A stretch of 64,000 nucleotides of DNA from Syntrophorhabdaceae bacterium (GCA_963666485.2 CAXXUO010000001.1:1088001-1152000), one strand, 5' to 3'. Positions 21,332 through 33,082 are shown, counted from the first letter of the stretch. The notes: generated by a model not told the origin, from the sequence alone. Numbers and translations are program-made.

Positions 21332-24300
21332 TTATCCTGATCGCTGTGCGTCGTCTATGTTCCGTTCCAGCACGTCTTTCAATTCCCGGAACGCGTCTTC
21401 GAGGCCGGGCAACCTTTCGCGGACTCCCGGTGTGTCGTTTGCCCTGCCCTTGAGTTCAATATCATACGCAAGGGCACGGAGCCTTTCCGCCCCGATATTC
21501 GCCGCGGCGCCTTTTATCGTGTGGGCGCTGCGTTCAGCGCTTACGGCATCTCCCGCCCCGGCGTGCTCTTTCAATGTAGAGATCTGACGGGGCATATCGT
21601 CCAGAAAGGTGCGTACAATAATTGCCGCCAGTTCCCGGTCGTCCCCGAGAAACCGGTCCATTACCGTTCTGTCGAAGACCGGGGCCGCGGCCTTTTTATC
21701 GGCAGCTTTGCCCGGCGACGAAAAGACAGGCCCTTCGACATCGCCGGTCTTTGCCCACCTGTGTATGGCTTTCTCCAGGTCTTTCGGGATGACGGGCTTG
21801 CTCAGGTAATCATTCATGCCGGCCTCGAGACAGCGTTCCCTGTCTCCCTGCATGGCATGTGCGGTCATCGCGATGATCGGTATGGAGGGGTTGAGTACCC
21901 GGGATTCGGGATCGCGTATGCGCCGCGTCGCCTCCAAACCGTCCATCTCGGGCATCTGTACGTCCATTAAGACCAGGTCGTACGGGACCGCCTTAAGGGC
22001 ACTGACCGCTTCCGAGCCGTTCGCTACGGCATCGGAATGGAAACCGAGCTTCTTCAAAATACCCATTGCGACCTGCTGGTTCGTAATATTATCTTCCGCG
22101 ATGAGGATCCGCACCGAGCTTCGCCGCATCTCACGGACCCGGTGCCGCGTCACGATAGGGGGCCTTTCATCGCTGCCTGTCACGGATGTCAGCACAGCGG
22201 TCAGGCACCCCATGAGTTCGGATTGCCGCGCGGGTTTTGTCAGGTACCCTGAGAACCCGCTCTCCTCCATTTTCCGGGCATCCCCGCGCTGGCCGAGCGA
22301 TGACAGGAGCACCATCCTGGTCCCGGCGAGCCCTTCGTCGCTGCGGACAGCACGGGCGAAGGCCGCTCCGTCCATGCCGGGCATCTGCATGTCAACGATC
22401 GCTATCCGGACGGGGTCGCCTTCTCGTGCTGCTGCATGCAGTGATTCAAGTGCCGTCGGGCCGTCACCCGCCTCGCTCACCCGCATGCCCCACACCCGTA
22501 ACTGGTTTCCCATGACATCGCGGTTGGTCGGGTTGTCGTCCACTACGAGAACGCGAATGTCTTTGAGCTCTACAGGTATCGCCGCATGTTCCTGTTTTAT
22601 GTCCGGCTGCTTCGCAAAACGGGCGGTGAATGAAAATTCAGACCCGGTGCCGGCGTCGCTCTTAAGCGTAATGGACCCGCCCATCATTTCCACAAGCTCC
22701 CGGGAGATGGCAAGCCCGAGCCCCGTTCCCCCGTACTTGCGCGTTGTGGACGCGTCGGCCTGGGTAAATTTTTCAAAAAGAATGGCCTGCTTATCCTGCG
22801 GGATACCGATGCCGGTATCCTTGATGGAGAACAGGATGAGCGCATCGTTATCTGTCTCCGAAACAAGGGCCGCCCTGATAGCGATCTCGCCCTTGTGGGT
22901 AAATTTTATTGCGTTGCCGGTGAGATTTGTCAGCACCTGGCGCAGGCGTCCGGGATCACCGCGCAGAAAGGACGGGACATCCGGGGATACCGCACAGATA
23001 AGCTCCAGGCCTTTTTCCGCGGCCTGCGCAGAAAAGATCACGCTGAAATCGTCGAGAAGGGCACGAAGGTCAAAGTCCAGTTCTTCAAGCTCGAACTTGC
23101 CCGCCTCGATCTTCGAAAAATCGAGGATCTGGTTGATAAGGGCGAGAAGCGCCTCGGCGCTTGACCGGACGGTTTCCGCGTAATGGCGCTGCTCTTCGCT
23201 CAACTGCGTGTCAAGCAAAAGGCCCGTCATCCCGATGACCCCGTTCATCGGCGTGCGGATCTCGTGGCTCATATTTGCAAGGAACTCGCTCTTTGCCGCG
23301 CTTGCCGCCTCTGCAAGGGCCCGGCCCTCAATGATCTCCTGCTCGGCTTTTTTCCGGTCGGTGATATCGAAGAAGGTTATAACGGCCCCCACGACCTTCC
23401 CGTCAAATACCTGCGGGTAAGACCAGTACTCGGCGGGAAAGCTGGTGCCGTCCTTACGCCACAGGACCTCATCGTTCACGGTGACCGCTTTCGCCTGGCG
23501 GAACGCCCGGTATATGTTGCAATCCTCTACGGGCATAGGACGCCCGTCGGGCCACGCGTAATGGATCAGGTCGTGCATATTTCTGCCAAGAAGTTCCTCG
23601 AGATGCGAGTACCCGAGGGTCCTGACGCATGACGGGTTTGCGAAGGTACAGTTTCCCTCGAGATCGATGCCGTAAATGGCCTCGGCGGTCGAGTCAAGAA
23701 GTATCCGGACACGCTCGTCGCTGTCCCTGCGTCTCTTTTCCGCCTCTTTCCGTTCGATGACCTTGCCGATGCGCTCGCATATCGACTTGAGCACGTCCGC
23801 CTCTTCTTTCAGGAAGGGTCCTTCGCCGTGATCGGGCATTTTCTCGAGATAGCCGACCTCGATGTGCCCCCGCCGTTGCCCGCTCGCCATGACGGGTGCG
23901 CTTAACTTCCATTCGGTTTCGTGGAAATTGGAGGTCCTGAATTCCGCGTCATCCACGGTGATCCTCGCATATGCCATCTCGGGGTAGAACCATCCCGGCG
24001 GGATCGCATCGGCAATGTGCTGCAGCATATCCCCGAGGGCGTCATATGTTTCGATGCAGTTCGCCACCGAGTAGATGCACCGCAATTCCTTCGTCCTTTC
24101 ACGCAGCGTCTCCTCGGCGAGCATCCTTCCGGTCACCTTCCAGACGGCTTCCATGAGGAGCGATACCTGGAGGACATCCGTCTCGTCGTAATCCGCCTCT
24201 TTGTTGGCGAGCCCGACGACGCCGACGATCTCGAGGTCTTTGAATACCGGGACGGTCATAAATTTGCGGAGCATGACATGACCTTCCGGATATCCCTTCT

Positions 24301-26140
24301 TCAGGGGATGGTCTGCCTCAAAATCGTTGAGCACGATCGGCTTTCTCTGCCTGACCGCCTCGCCCCAGGCACCCGTTTTATCGAGTTCGTACCGGGACTG
24401 GGGGTTCGCGACGGCGCATTCGGGCATGACGTCTTTCGACCACGTGTTGAGCACGAATTCCCGCCGGTGCTCGTCGTAATAGTAGATATAACCGATCTTG
24501 CTCCCGGTGAGCCTGATCGCCTGTTCGAGTGCGTAGTCGAGAAACTCTTGGACGTTTTCCGAGGGGTGCTGCAGTATGTCGACAAGCCTTTTCAGGCGGG
24601 ACGCGTTGCGTGCGAGTTCATCTATGATGTGTTTTCTCTCTGTTATATCGCGCAGGTACGCAAGAATTGCCGGAGCGCCCATGTATGTGATCATGTTGAC
24701 CGAAACTTCTATTTCAACGGGTGACCCGTCTTTGCGGATCCCCTTGAATTCATATCGTGCAGGGACAAACTCACCCTTCTGCCGGGCCCTGGCGTAGCCG
24801 GCGACCTTTTCGCGATCGTCGGGGTGAACGATCAAATATTGCTCGGTGCCGGCTATCTCGTCAAGGCTCGTATACCCGAATATATCGAGGAACCTCGGGT
24901 TTACGTAAACGTGCGTGAAACCCTGGACTATTGCGACGGCGTCGTTCGACGATTCTATGGCAACGCGGTACCTTTCCTCGGATTCTTTCAGGACCTCTTC
25001 GGCCTGTTTGGTTTCATTGATGTCGCGCGCTACGTGTACCCCGCCGGCAAGGTCTCCGTCCCGGGAAAAAAGCGGAGTGCATGTTACGAGAAAATGTCCG
25101 CCGATCTTTTCCTCAAAAATCTCGGCAACATGCTCCTGGTGATCGGCCATAAGTTTTGCGTGGGGGCAAAAAGAGGGCGGGGCGTCGGTCCCGTGAACCA
25201 CCTGATAACATTTGAGGCCGACGGCATCCGGGGGGAGCGTGCCGAGTTTTGCCGCCATCGCACGGTTGATGCGCCGTATCGTATGATCAGGCGCCATTAT
25301 GGAAATGAGGTCCGGGACCGCGTCGAACGTCCTTTCCCATTCATCCTTGGCCCGAAGGATCTTTTCCTCGGACGCTTTTCGGTCGGTTATGTCATGAACA
25401 GTACCGTAGAGCCGATAAAAACCGGCACCGTCGTCTTCGAAACACCGTGCAGAGGAATGTATCCAACGCTCCCCGCCCGTCTTCGTTGTTATCTTTATCT
25501 CGCAGTCGCTTGCTTCCCCGGGTTTGAGGTCCAGGATGTTCCGCTGGAAATCAGGAAAGGAACCCGGGTGGACCATAGGCTTCCAGCATCCCCATGCGAC
25601 AATCTCATCTATGCTGTAGCCCGTTATCTTTTCCGTGGCGCCCGCTATCCAGTCGATCGCGTATTCGCCGCCCGGTGATTTTGTGCACGAATAGATGTAG
25701 TCCGCTATCATCCCGGAGATGTGCTTGTGGCGGGCCTCGCTTTCCGCCACCTTCCGGTGCGCCTCGTGCAGCTTGAACGCCATCTTGATCGAGGCGTTGA
25801 GGACCGTCTCGCCGGAATCTTTTACCACGTATCCGTACGATGTTATCTTTTCGGTTTTTTCTACGATGTCCGCCTGGGTATAGCTTGACAGGAAAAGTAC
25901 CGGGACATCGATCTCCCTGAGGATGATCTCGGAACATTCCGTGCCATCCATCTTACCCTTGCCGAGGTTTATATCCATCAGGATAATATCTGGCCGCCGG
26001 CCTTTTCTTACTGCCTGGATGGCTTTTTCCGCGGACGATACGGTCATGACCTCATAACCGTACTTCTCGAGCGCCTTTTTCTGCGACATGGCGATCAGGG
26101 CTTCATCTTCCACGAGAAGAATGGTCTTTCTGTCTCCCAC
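21332..26140 (-). CDS. Unorthodox hybrid kinase REC-PAS(3)-GAF-PAS-HisKA-HATPase-REC-REC-Hpt
   Basis: [21 protein letters not shown], two C-terminal receivers, AHTIKGAA Hpt. Confidence 0.95.
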   Translation of the reverse strand: MGDRKTILLVEDEALIAMSQKKALEKYGYEVMTVSSAEKAIQAVRKGRRPDIILMDINLGKGKMDGTECSEIILREIDVPVLFLSSYTQADIVEKTEKITSYGYVVKDSGETVLNASIKMAFKLHEAHRKVAESEARHKHISGMIADYIYSCTKSPGGEYAIDWIAGATEKITGYSIDEIVAWGCWKPMVHPGSFPDFQRNILDLKPGEASDCEIKITTKTGGERWIHSSARCFEDDGAGFYRLYGTVHDITDRKASEEKILRAKDEWERTFDAVPDLISIMAPDHTIRRINRAMAAKLGTLPPDAVGLKCYQVVHGTDAPPSFCPHAKLMADHQEHVAEIFEEKIGGHFLVTCTPLFSRDGDLAGGVHVARDINETKQAEEVLKESEERYRVAIESSNDAVAIVQGFTHVYVNPRFLDIFGYTSLDEIAGTEQYLIVHPDDREKVAGYARARQKGEFVPARYEFKGIRKDGSPVEIEVSVNMITYMGAPAILAYLRDITERKHIIDELARNASRLKRLVDILQHPSENVQEFLDYALEQAIRLTGSKIGYIYYYDEHRREFVLNTWSKDVMPECAVANPQSRYELDKTGAWGEAVRQRKPIVLNDFEADHPLKKGYPEGHVMLRKFMTVPVFKDLEIVGVVGLANKEADYDETDVLQVSLLMEAVWKVTGRMLAEETLRERTKELRCIYSVANCIETYDALGDMLQHIADAIPPGWFYPEMAYARITVDDAEFRTSNFHETEWKLSAPVMASGQRRGHIEVGYLEKMPDHGEGPFLKEEADVLKSICERIGKVIERKEAEKRRRDSDERVRILLDSTAEAIYGIDLEGNCTFANPSCVRTLGYSHLEELLGRNMHDLIHYAWPDGRPMPVEDCNIYRAFRQAKAVTVNDEVLWRKDGTSFPAEYWSYPQVFDGKVVGAVITFFDITDRKKAEQEIIEGRALAEAASAAKSEFLANMSHEIRTPMNGVIGMTGLLLDTQLSEEQRHYAETVRSSAEALLALINQILDFSKIEAGKFELEELDFDLRALLDDFSVIFSAQAAEKGLELICAVSPDVPSFLRGDPGRLRQVLTNLTGNAIKFTHKGEIAIRAALVSETDNDALILFSIKDTGIGIPQDKQAILFEKFTQADASTTRKYGGTGLGLAISRELVEMMGGSITLKSDAGTGSEFSFTARFAKQPDIKQEHAAIPVELKDIRVLVVDDNPTNRDVMGNQLRVWGMRVSEAGDGPTALESLHAAAREGDPVRIAIVDMQMPGMDGAAFARAVRSDEGLAGTRMVLLSSLGQRGDARKMEESGFSGYLTKPARQSELMGCLTAVLTSVTGSDERPPIVTRHRVREMRRSSVRILIAEDNITNQQVAMGILKKLGFHSDAVANGSEAVSALKAVPYDLVLMDVQMPEMDGLEATRRIRDPESRVLNPSIPIIAMTAHAMQGDRERCLEAGMNDYLSKPVIPKDLEKAIHRWAKTGDVEGPVFSSPGKAADKKAAAPVFDRTVMDRFLGDDRELAAIIVRTFLDDMPRQISTLKEHAGAGDAVSAERSAHTIKGAAANIGAERLRALAYDIELKGRANDTPGVRERLPGLEDAFRELKDVLERNIDDAQRSG

Positions 26141-26182
26141 CCGGACCTCCTCGGGGCTAAGAATGGCGCGGGGCGGTCCCCG

Positions 26183-28231
26183 TCACGCACTGTCCCCGGC
26201 TATCTGTATTGCGAGCGAAAAAACGGTCCCCTTGCCGCGTACGATGTCAAGGTTTCCTTCGAGCTGTTCGGTCAAAAGGCCAACGATCTGCATGCCGAGG
26301 CCTGTGGCGTTCTCCATGCTGAAGCCGTCAGGCAGGCCCGCCCCGTTATCTGAAACCATAAGGACTACAGCGGGGCCCGATGAGGAAAGGGCGACCGCGA
26401 CCTCACCGCCCGTGCCTCCGGGGAAGGCATGCTTGAGAGAGTTCGTGAGAAGCTCGTTCAGGATAAGGCCCAGAGGTGCCGCTGTTTTCACATCTATTTC
26501 GACAGCGTCGAGGTCTTTTCGGACGGCGATCCTGTCGTTGTCCTGCAGGTACGAGGACGCGATCGATTGGATGATAATTTCGAGGTAGCGGTCGAGCCTG
26601 ACCTTGCGCGAGTCCCCCGTCTGGTACAACAACTGGTACAGGTTGCCGAGGGACCGTATCCGGTCGTTGACCGACTTGAGCGCCGAGCGTGTCTCCTCAT
26701 CCTCGTGGTTGCCGATCTCTAAAGATACGAGGCCCGCAATGATGGAAAGGCTGTTCTTGATGCGGTGCTGAAGCTCGCGGAACATGGAGTTCTTCTCTTC
26801 CAGGGCCCTGGCAATGATATTTTCCGCTCTTTTGCGGTCGGTGATATCCTGGATGGTCCCCATGACACTGTTCTTCCCGGAGGCATCGTCATGGAAGAAG
26901 AGCCCCCTGTCAAGGACCGTGATGTAATGACCGTCCTTGTGCCGCATCCCGTATTCCACCTGGAACCTGTTCTTCATTCTCGCGGCCTCGTTTATTGTCT
27001 CGAGTACCCGCGAGAGGTCCTCCGGTTCGACCAGGCCTTTCCACTGTTCGAAATAATTCGATGCGATCTCCTTGGGCCCGTACCCGAGAACCTCCCCGAG
27101 GCTCCCGCTGAAGGCTACCATTTTGTCGTCCAGGGTCATATCGTACACTATCTGCCCGGAAGAACCGACGACAAGGTCGTACCGCTTTTTCCATGCAAGT
27201 GCTTCATCCTCGGCGTGTTTTCTCTGCGTGGTCTCATGGGCGAAGATCACTATCCGGGAGACCGTCCCGTCGTCGTCAAACACCGGCGAGCAAAAGAGTT
27301 CGAAGTTCCTCCCGTCCCGGACATCCTCGAAATAGACCGTTTCACCTGTTGCGGCGACGGCGTCTACCCCTGCCTTTCTCCGTTTCGCGACGGCAGGCGG
27401 AAAATGATCGTAGAGACAGGTCCCCACAAGCTCGTCCACTTTTTTACCCAGCCGCTCTGCGCCGGTCGTGTTGGAAAGCAGGACAGTCCCGTCCCGGTCG
27501 ACCATCACAAGGCTCTCATGCGTTGCATTGATGAGGGTGCGGAGGGTGTCCTCATTGTCCGTGCCGCCGCCCGCCGGTGCAACGCGCGGTGCGGCAGGCA
27601 TATCCGGGCGGGGCATGTCGTCACGGCCCTCCGGTGCCTTGTAAAACTGGGGATACAGCTTGGCCGCGCACTCCGGGCAGATGCCGTGGCTGAACTCGGC
27701 ATCGGTATGTTCCCTGACGTACGCCTCCACCTGTTTCCAGTACCCCTGGTCATCCCGTATCCTTTTACAGCTCGCGCAGATAGGGACGATGCCGCGCAGC
27801 GTCTTCACGTGGTCGAGCGCGTCACGGAGCTCTGCCACGTTGTCCGCCAGTTTGCCCTGTAATTCTATCATTCGCCTGCCCACCTCGATCCTGGCCTTCA
27901 ATTCGCCCGGATCGAAAGGCTTTGACAGGTAATCGTTGGCCCCGGCGCTGAGGCCCTCGATGATGTCGGCCTTTTCCGTCTTTGTGGTGAGCATGATGAG
28001 GTAGGGCGGGTTGGTGCGCTGATCGGCGCGCAGCGCCCTGACAATGTCGAGCCCGTCCATTTTCGGCATCATCCAGTCGAGTATTGCAAGTTTCGGCGCG
28101 TCAGGCCCTTCCAGTATCCCTAAGGCCTCGAGCCCGTCGACTGCCTGCACCACCTCGTGCCCCGCTTTTCTCAGGACGGCATCGAGCAATACCCGGGAAG
28201 TGAGATCATCTTCAGCAATGAGAATTCGCAT
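26183..28231 (-). CDS. REC - CxxC/CxxC domain - PAS-PAS - HisKA_2 kinase
   Basis: ILDWMMP receiver; PICASCKRIRD..SHGICPEC; ELQHRIKNSL H-box. Confidence 0.9.
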   Translation of the reverse strand: MRILIAEDDLTSRVLLDAVLRKAGHEVVQAVDGLEALGILEGPDAPKLAILDWMMPKMDGLDIVRALRADQRTNPPYLIMLTTKTEKADIIEGLSAGANDYLSKPFDPGELKARIEVGRRMIELQGKLADNVAELRDALDHVKTLRGIVPICASCKRIRDDQGYWKQVEAYVREHTDAEFSHGICPECAAKLYPQFYKAPEGRDDMPRPDMPAAPRVAPAGGGTDNEDTLRTLINATHESLVMVDRDGTVLLSNTTGAERLGKKVDELVGTCLYDHFPPAVAKRRKAGVDAVAATGETVYFEDVRDGRNFELFCSPVFDDDGTVSRIVIFAHETTQRKHAEDEALAWKKRYDLVVGSSGQIVYDMTLDDKMVAFSGSLGEVLGYGPKEIASNYFEQWKGLVEPEDLSRVLETINEAARMKNRFQVEYGMRHKDGHYITVLDRGLFFHDDASGKNSVMGTIQDITDRKRAENIIARALEEKNSMFRELQHRIKNSLSIIAGLVSLEIGNHEDEETRSALKSVNDRIRSLGNLYQLLYQTGDSRKVRLDRYLEIIIQSIASSYLQDNDRIAVRKDLDAVEIDVKTAAPLGLILNELLTNSLKHAFPGGTGGEVAVALSSSGPAVVLMVSDNGAGLPDGFSMENATGLGMQIVGLLTEQLEGNLDIVRGKGTVFSLAIQIAGDSA

Positions 28232-28249
28232 CGTTAACCCGGCCTCCCG

Positions 28250-28645
28250 TCACCAGATCAGGTTGAGCCTGCGCAGCTCTTCCAGCAGCTTCGTCTTCTG
28301 GATCGGCTTCACGAGAAAAGCATCGCATTTCCCGCGAATGGCTTCGATCACGTTCTCTTTGTCGGCGAGGGCGGTCGTCATGATTATTTTCATCCATCGG
28401 GATATGACGAGCCCTTTTTCCTCTTCCAGGGCCCGTATCTCCTTGAGCGCCTGCTGGCCGTCCATTTCGGGCATCATGATGTCGAGGCAGATGAGATCGT
28501 AGGGCTCCCCGGATTGTTCCGCCAGCTTTACGGCCTCCAGGGCCTCCTTGCCGTTGAATGCCATGTGCACCGGGCCATATTTTTTCAGAAGCTCCTGGAG
28601 AAGCAGGCGGCTTACAAAATCATCCTCGGCTATCAATGTTTTCAT
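28250..28645 (-). CDS. Single-domain response regulator (CheY-like)
   Basis: AEDD, CLDIMMPEMDG, MTTA, LVKP. Confidence 0.93.
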   Translation of the reverse strand: MKTLIAEDDFVSRLLLQELLKKYGPVHMAFNGKEALEAVKLAEQSGEPYDLICLDIMMPEMDGQQALKEIRALEEEKGLVISRWMKIIMTTALADKENVIEAIRGKCDAFLVKPIQKTKLLEELRRLNLIW

Positions 28646-30618
28646 GTTCTTTTCCCACCCAGATTATTTTCCCCGGAGGTCTTTCCCGTTGCGTGCCAGC
28701 CCCCGCCGGGACGCGCCGATCTGTCGAGCAGCGCCCGGACCTCCGCGAGGAGCTTTTCGACGGTAAAAGGCTTCTGAATGTAGCCGGCCTGATCGTCGAT
28801 GAGATACTCCTTCACGAGCGAGTCCCTGTCATGCCCGCTCATGAACAGGGCACCGATGTCCGGGTTTATCCCTTTCATTTTATCGAGAACGGCCTGCCCG
28901 TTCGCTTTCGGCATGACGACGTCGAGTATCACGAGCGAAAAGCCCCCGTCGTACTGCCTGAACTTTTCCAGGGCTTCATCCCCGTCACGCGCGGTTATCA
29001 CGGTATAACCGTGGCTTTTAAGCCCGGTCTCGACGAAATCGCACACAAGGGATTCATCTTCGGCAAGGAGTATCTTTTCGCTGCCGGCACGGGGTGAAGC
29101 CGTCCGGGCGATCGAGGCCTCCCGGTCTATCGGTTCGGTCAGGGGGAAATACACCTCGAAGGATGTTCCTCGTCCCGGTTCGCTCTTCAACGTTATAAAC
29201 CCGCCGTGCTGCTTTATGATGCGGTAGATGATCGACAGGCCGAGCCCGGTCCCTTTCCCCGCTTCCTTCGTGGTAAAGAAGGGGTCGAATATCTTTTCCC
29301 GGATCGAGGTGTCGATCCCGATGCCCGTGTCCGATACGGTCAGGAGCACAAAATTACCCGAATGGCCAAATTCAGCGTAGACGTCACTTTGCGCATCGAG
29401 TGTACAGCGGCCCGTCCTGATGCGTATGGTGCCGCCGTCCGGCATCGCGTCGCGGGCGTTTGTCGCCAGGTTCATGATGACCTGTTCTATCTGGTCCTGG
29501 TTCGCAAGGACCACGAGCTTTTCTTCGTCGAACCCGATGTCGAGCACAATGTCGTCCCGAAGGAGCCTTCCTAAGAATGTCTCGAATTTCCGTATGATCC
29601 CGTTGATGTCGACGGGCATCCGGGCAACGGTCTGTTTCCTCGAGAACACGAGGAGGCCCTTGGTCACGTTCGTCGCCTTCTCGCAGGCGCTGGATATGTT
29701 GTCGGCATAGATGCTGAGCATCGGGTCGCTTATTTTCAGCTTCAGAAGGCCCGCGTAGCCGGAAATGGTCGTGAGGATATTGTTAAAGTCATGGGATATG
29801 CCGCTCGCCAGCGTCCCGATAGCCTCGATCTTCTGGGTGTGCCGAAGCTGCGCCTCGAGGAGCCGCTCTTCCGTGACGTCCCGGACGCTGCCCTGGTAGC
29901 CGGAGCGCAGGCCGTCCGCGTCCTTCAATTCCACGGCATTGACAAGGCATTCGAGGACCTTCCCATCCTTCCTTTTCAACTTCATGGGAAATTCCTTCAC
30001 GGAACCTTTGAGGTTGAGCTCGTCGATAATCTTGTCCGCATCGGCCGTATCGTGGCACAGGTCGACGATCCTGACCCCTGTCATCTCGGTGTCGTTGTAG
30101 AGGAAGGTATCGAGGAAGGACCTGTTGTATTCTGTTACAGCCCCGGCTTTGTCCGTGATGAAAATGGAATCCTTGGAGTTCTCGAACAGCGTGTGGTATT
30201 TCTTTTCGCTCTGCCTGAGGAGCTTCTCGGTCCTGTGGCGATAAACGGCCATCTCGATCGTCGTGTGCAGCTCGCGGTCGTTGAAAGGCTTGAGGATATA
30301 CCCGAACGGCTCCGTTATTTTCGCCCTCTCGAGGGTTGTGTCGTCGGCAAACGCCGTGAGGTACACGATGGGGACGTCACAATAGTCCTTGATCATCGCT
30401 GCGGCTTCGATGCCGTCGATCTTGCCTTTCAGTTTTATATCCATGAGAATGAGGTCCGGTCTTATCTCCCGGGCCTTTTCAAATGCCGCCGCCCCTGTCT
30501 GGACTATCGCGGCAACCTCGTACCCGAGCCCTGACACGCTGCGCTCGATGTCCTTCGCCACGATCCGTTCATCTTCAACCAGGAGAATGCTTATCATTTC
30601 CGTCTCCTTATTCTTCAT
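28642..30618 (-). CDS. Hybrid kinase REC-PAS-HisKA-HATPase-REC
   Basis: [33 protein letters not shown]. Confidence 0.94.
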   Translation of the reverse strand: MKNKETEMISILLVEDERIVAKDIERSVSGLGYEVAAIVQTGAAAFEKAREIRPDLILMDIKLKGKIDGIEAAAMIKDYCDVPIVYLTAFADDTTLERAKITEPFGYILKPFNDRELHTTIEMAVYRHRTEKLLRQSEKKYHTLFENSKDSIFITDKAGAVTEYNRSFLDTFLYNDTEMTGVRIVDLCHDTADADKIIDELNLKGSVKEFPMKLKRKDGKVLECLVNAVELKDADGLRSGYQGSVRDVTEERLLEAQLRHTQKIEAIGTLASGISHDFNNILTTISGYAGLLKLKISDPMLSIYADNISSACEKATNVTKGLLVFSRKQTVARMPVDINGIIRKFETFLGRLLRDDIVLDIGFDEEKLVVLANQDQIEQVIMNLATNARDAMPDGGTIRIRTGRCTLDAQSDVYAEFGHSGNFVLLTVSDTGIGIDTSIREKIFDPFFTTKEAGKGTGLGLSIIYRIIKQHGGFITLKSEPGRGTSFEVYFPLTEPIDREASIARTASPRAGSEKILLAEDESLVCDFVETGLKSHGYTVITARDGDEALEKFRQYDGGFSLVILDVVMPKANGQAVLDKMKGINPDIGALFMSGHDRDSLVKEYLIDDQAGYIQKPFTVEKLLAEVRALLDRSARPGGGWHATGKTSGENNLGGKRT

Positions 30619-33082
30619 GCCAGGCCCCCCGCATTGTCATGGTAACACGCGTACCATTGCTATTGGCGAGATGGAGGTCACCTTCGAGCTGTTCCACAAG
30701 CGTCATGACGAGCTTGAGCCCCAGGGATTCGGCGTTCCTGATGTCAAGGCCCTCGGGCAGGCCCACTCCATCGTCCGCAACGGTCAGGACCGTACCATTT
30801 TCACCGGACCTGAAGCCGACAAACACATTGCCCTGCCCCCTGCCCGGAAACGCGTGCTTGATCGCATTGGAAATGAGCTCGCTTATGATGAGACCGACGG
30901 GGACCATGGTATCAATATCAAGGAATGTTTCGTCAGAGTCAATAGTGTATTGCATATTATTCGCCATAACACCATAGGACCTGAACAGGTCCCGCAAGAG
31001 CTCCGCCGCATATTCACGGAAATGTATCCCGGACAGGTCGTCAGACTGGTACAGTTTTTGATGGACAAGCGCCATCGTCCTTACCCGTGACTGGCTGTCC
31101 CGGAATATCTCGAGCATCTTACCGTCTTTTATATGCACCGATTGCAGGCTCAGCAGGCTGGATATGATCTGCAGGTTGTTCTTGACCCGGTGATGGATCT
31201 CCTTGAGAAGGACCTCTTTTTCACCGAGCGAATCGCGCAGGCGGTCCTCGGACCTTTTCAAGTCGGTGATGTCCATGATGACACCCACCAATCCTTCAAT
31301 TTCTCCATTTTTCCCGAAAAAAGGCGCCTTGTGCGACATCAGATTGTGCCGGGCCCCGTCCGCATAGGGGATCGTGACCTCATATGTGTAGGGCTCTCCT
31401 GTGTCGAATACGACACCGTCTCCCGTCGTATTTATCTCCGCCACGTCCCGGGGCATGACGTCGAAAACGGTCTTGCCGGCGACAGCCTCCCGGGAAATCC
31501 CGAAAGCTTTTTCATACGCTTTGTTGCACCAGAGGTACCTGCCCCCGCGGTCTTTATAAAAGAGGGGAGCCGGCAGGGCATTTATCACACTTTCCAGGAG
31601 CAGGCGCTGTTTCTCGAGGGCCGCCTCCATCTGTTTGCGCGACGTTATGTCCCGGGCGGTCGCCAGGATGCAATATTCACCGTTCAGCGTGATGCGGTTC
31701 AGAAATACTTCGACGTCAAACAGCGACCCGTCGTGCGGTCGGCGGGCCTGCCATTCAAAATGGTGCGCGTGGCCCTGCAGGACGCGCTTCCAGATAGCCG
31801 TCAACCCGTCGCGGGATATGCCCGGCGCAGAATAATCCTCCACTATGGACAGGCCTGCGGCCTCGGCGCGGGTTACCCCGTACATTGCGAGCATCCGGTC
31901 GTTCACATCGATGATGCTGCCGTCACGCCGGTGAATGAATATCGCGTCGCTGATGCTGTCGAAAACGCTTTGAAGGGTCTCCTGCGAGCTTTGCAGGGCA
32001 ATTTTTGCCTCGTAATTCTCACGCTCCCTCTGCTCGAGCTGTTTGGCGGCACTGTTGAGAACGACGGCCAGTTCGTCGAGTTCGTCCCCTACCCGGGGTA
32101 TGTCGATCTTTGAGAAGTCGCCCAGGCCAAATTTTCGCGATGCCCGCCGCATTATATCGAATCGTTTCCCGATAGTTAATCTGCTGAACGCCCATGCGAT
32201 CACCAGGATAGCCAGGAAAGATGCCAGGAGAAGCCCGATGCCCGCAATAAATTCCCTGCGTGCCACGGTATTCAATTGGGAAACAGGGACCCCCACACGC
32301 ATATAGAGAAAAGGCCGGTCTTCCGCGGGGAGCGTGAACGTCCTGTAGGCGTAAAACCGTTTTGTCCCGTCAACGCCCGTCTCCAGGAAGGTGCCCGAGG
32401 CGGCAGGGCCGCTCATATGGCCCATCATGCTCCCGAGGTCCTGCCGGCCGGTATAATTTTGAGTATCAGGGTAACGGTACAGCCTTTTTCCGGCGTGATC
32501 GGTAAGGGCTATGATCGAACCTTCGGGGAGTTTTGCGATGGAAATCAGCTCGCCATACGTGTCAAGCTCGATGGCTGCAACGAGGACCCCCACCGCGTCA
32601 CCCCGGCTGTTTAATACAGGGTATGCAAAGTGGAGGCGGGGCCTTCCGTATGTCGCGCCCAGGACGAATTCCCCGACAGAGAATTTCTTCTTCGTCATGG
32701 CGTCCCGAAAGTATTTCCTTTCACTCAGGTCGACCTTGCGGATGGGAAGGGCCGATGCGATTATCGATCCCGCGGAATTGACGACGTAAATGTTCGCATA
32801 TGCGCTCTTTTCTGTCTGGACCTTTTTCAAAAGGTGTGTGGCGGCGGGGATATGCATGATACCGGGCGAATGAGACAGTGTGGAGAGCACCTGCTCGATC
32901 CCCATGATCAGGGTCTCGTTCTCGTGGCCTAAGAGATGGACCATCCTTTCCAGCTCGAATTCGGCCTGCGCACGGACATATTCGCCAATCTTCATCCCCA
33001 GGAGGCCAATGACGATGAGGCCGGGAACCGCGCTTATAAGGACAAGCACGACGATCCGGGTTCTTATTGACCGAAACCGCAT
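30608..33082 (-). CDS. Membrane sensor kinase: TM-Cache-like-TM-HAMP-PAS-PAS-HisKA_2
   Basis: Two TM helices, DLSERKYF Cache motif, [22 protein letters not shown]. Confidence 0.92.
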   Translation of the reverse strand: MRFRSIRTRIVVLVLISAVPGLIVIGLLGMKIGEYVRAQAEFELERMVHLLGHENETLIMGIEQVLSTLSHSPGIMHIPAATHLLKKVQTEKSAYANIYVVNSAGSIIASALPIRKVDLSERKYFRDAMTKKKFSVGEFVLGATYGRPRLHFAYPVLNSRGDAVGVLVAAIELDTYGELISIAKLPEGSIIALTDHAGKRLYRYPDTQNYTGRQDLGSMMGHMSGPAASGTFLETGVDGTKRFYAYRTFTLPAEDRPFLYMRVGVPVSQLNTVARREFIAGIGLLLASFLAILVIAWAFSRLTIGKRFDIMRRASRKFGLGDFSKIDIPRVGDELDELAVVLNSAAKQLEQRERENYEAKIALQSSQETLQSVFDSISDAIFIHRRDGSIIDVNDRMLAMYGVTRAEAAGLSIVEDYSAPGISRDGLTAIWKRVLQGHAHHFEWQARRPHDGSLFDVEVFLNRITLNGEYCILATARDITSRKQMEAALEKQRLLLESVINALPAPLFYKDRGGRYLWCNKAYEKAFGISREAVAGKTVFDVMPRDVAEINTTGDGVVFDTGEPYTYEVTIPYADGARHNLMSHKAPFFGKNGEIEGLVGVIMDITDLKRSEDRLRDSLGEKEVLLKEIHHRVKNNLQIISSLLSLQSVHIKDGKMLEIFRDSQSRVRTMALVHQKLYQSDDLSGIHFREYAAELLRDLFRSYGVMANNMQYTIDSDETFLDIDTMVPVGLIISELISNAIKHAFPGRGQGNVFVGFRSGENGTVLTVADDGVGLPEGLDIRNAESLGLKLVMTLVEQLEGDLHLANSNGTRVTMTMRGAWHEE

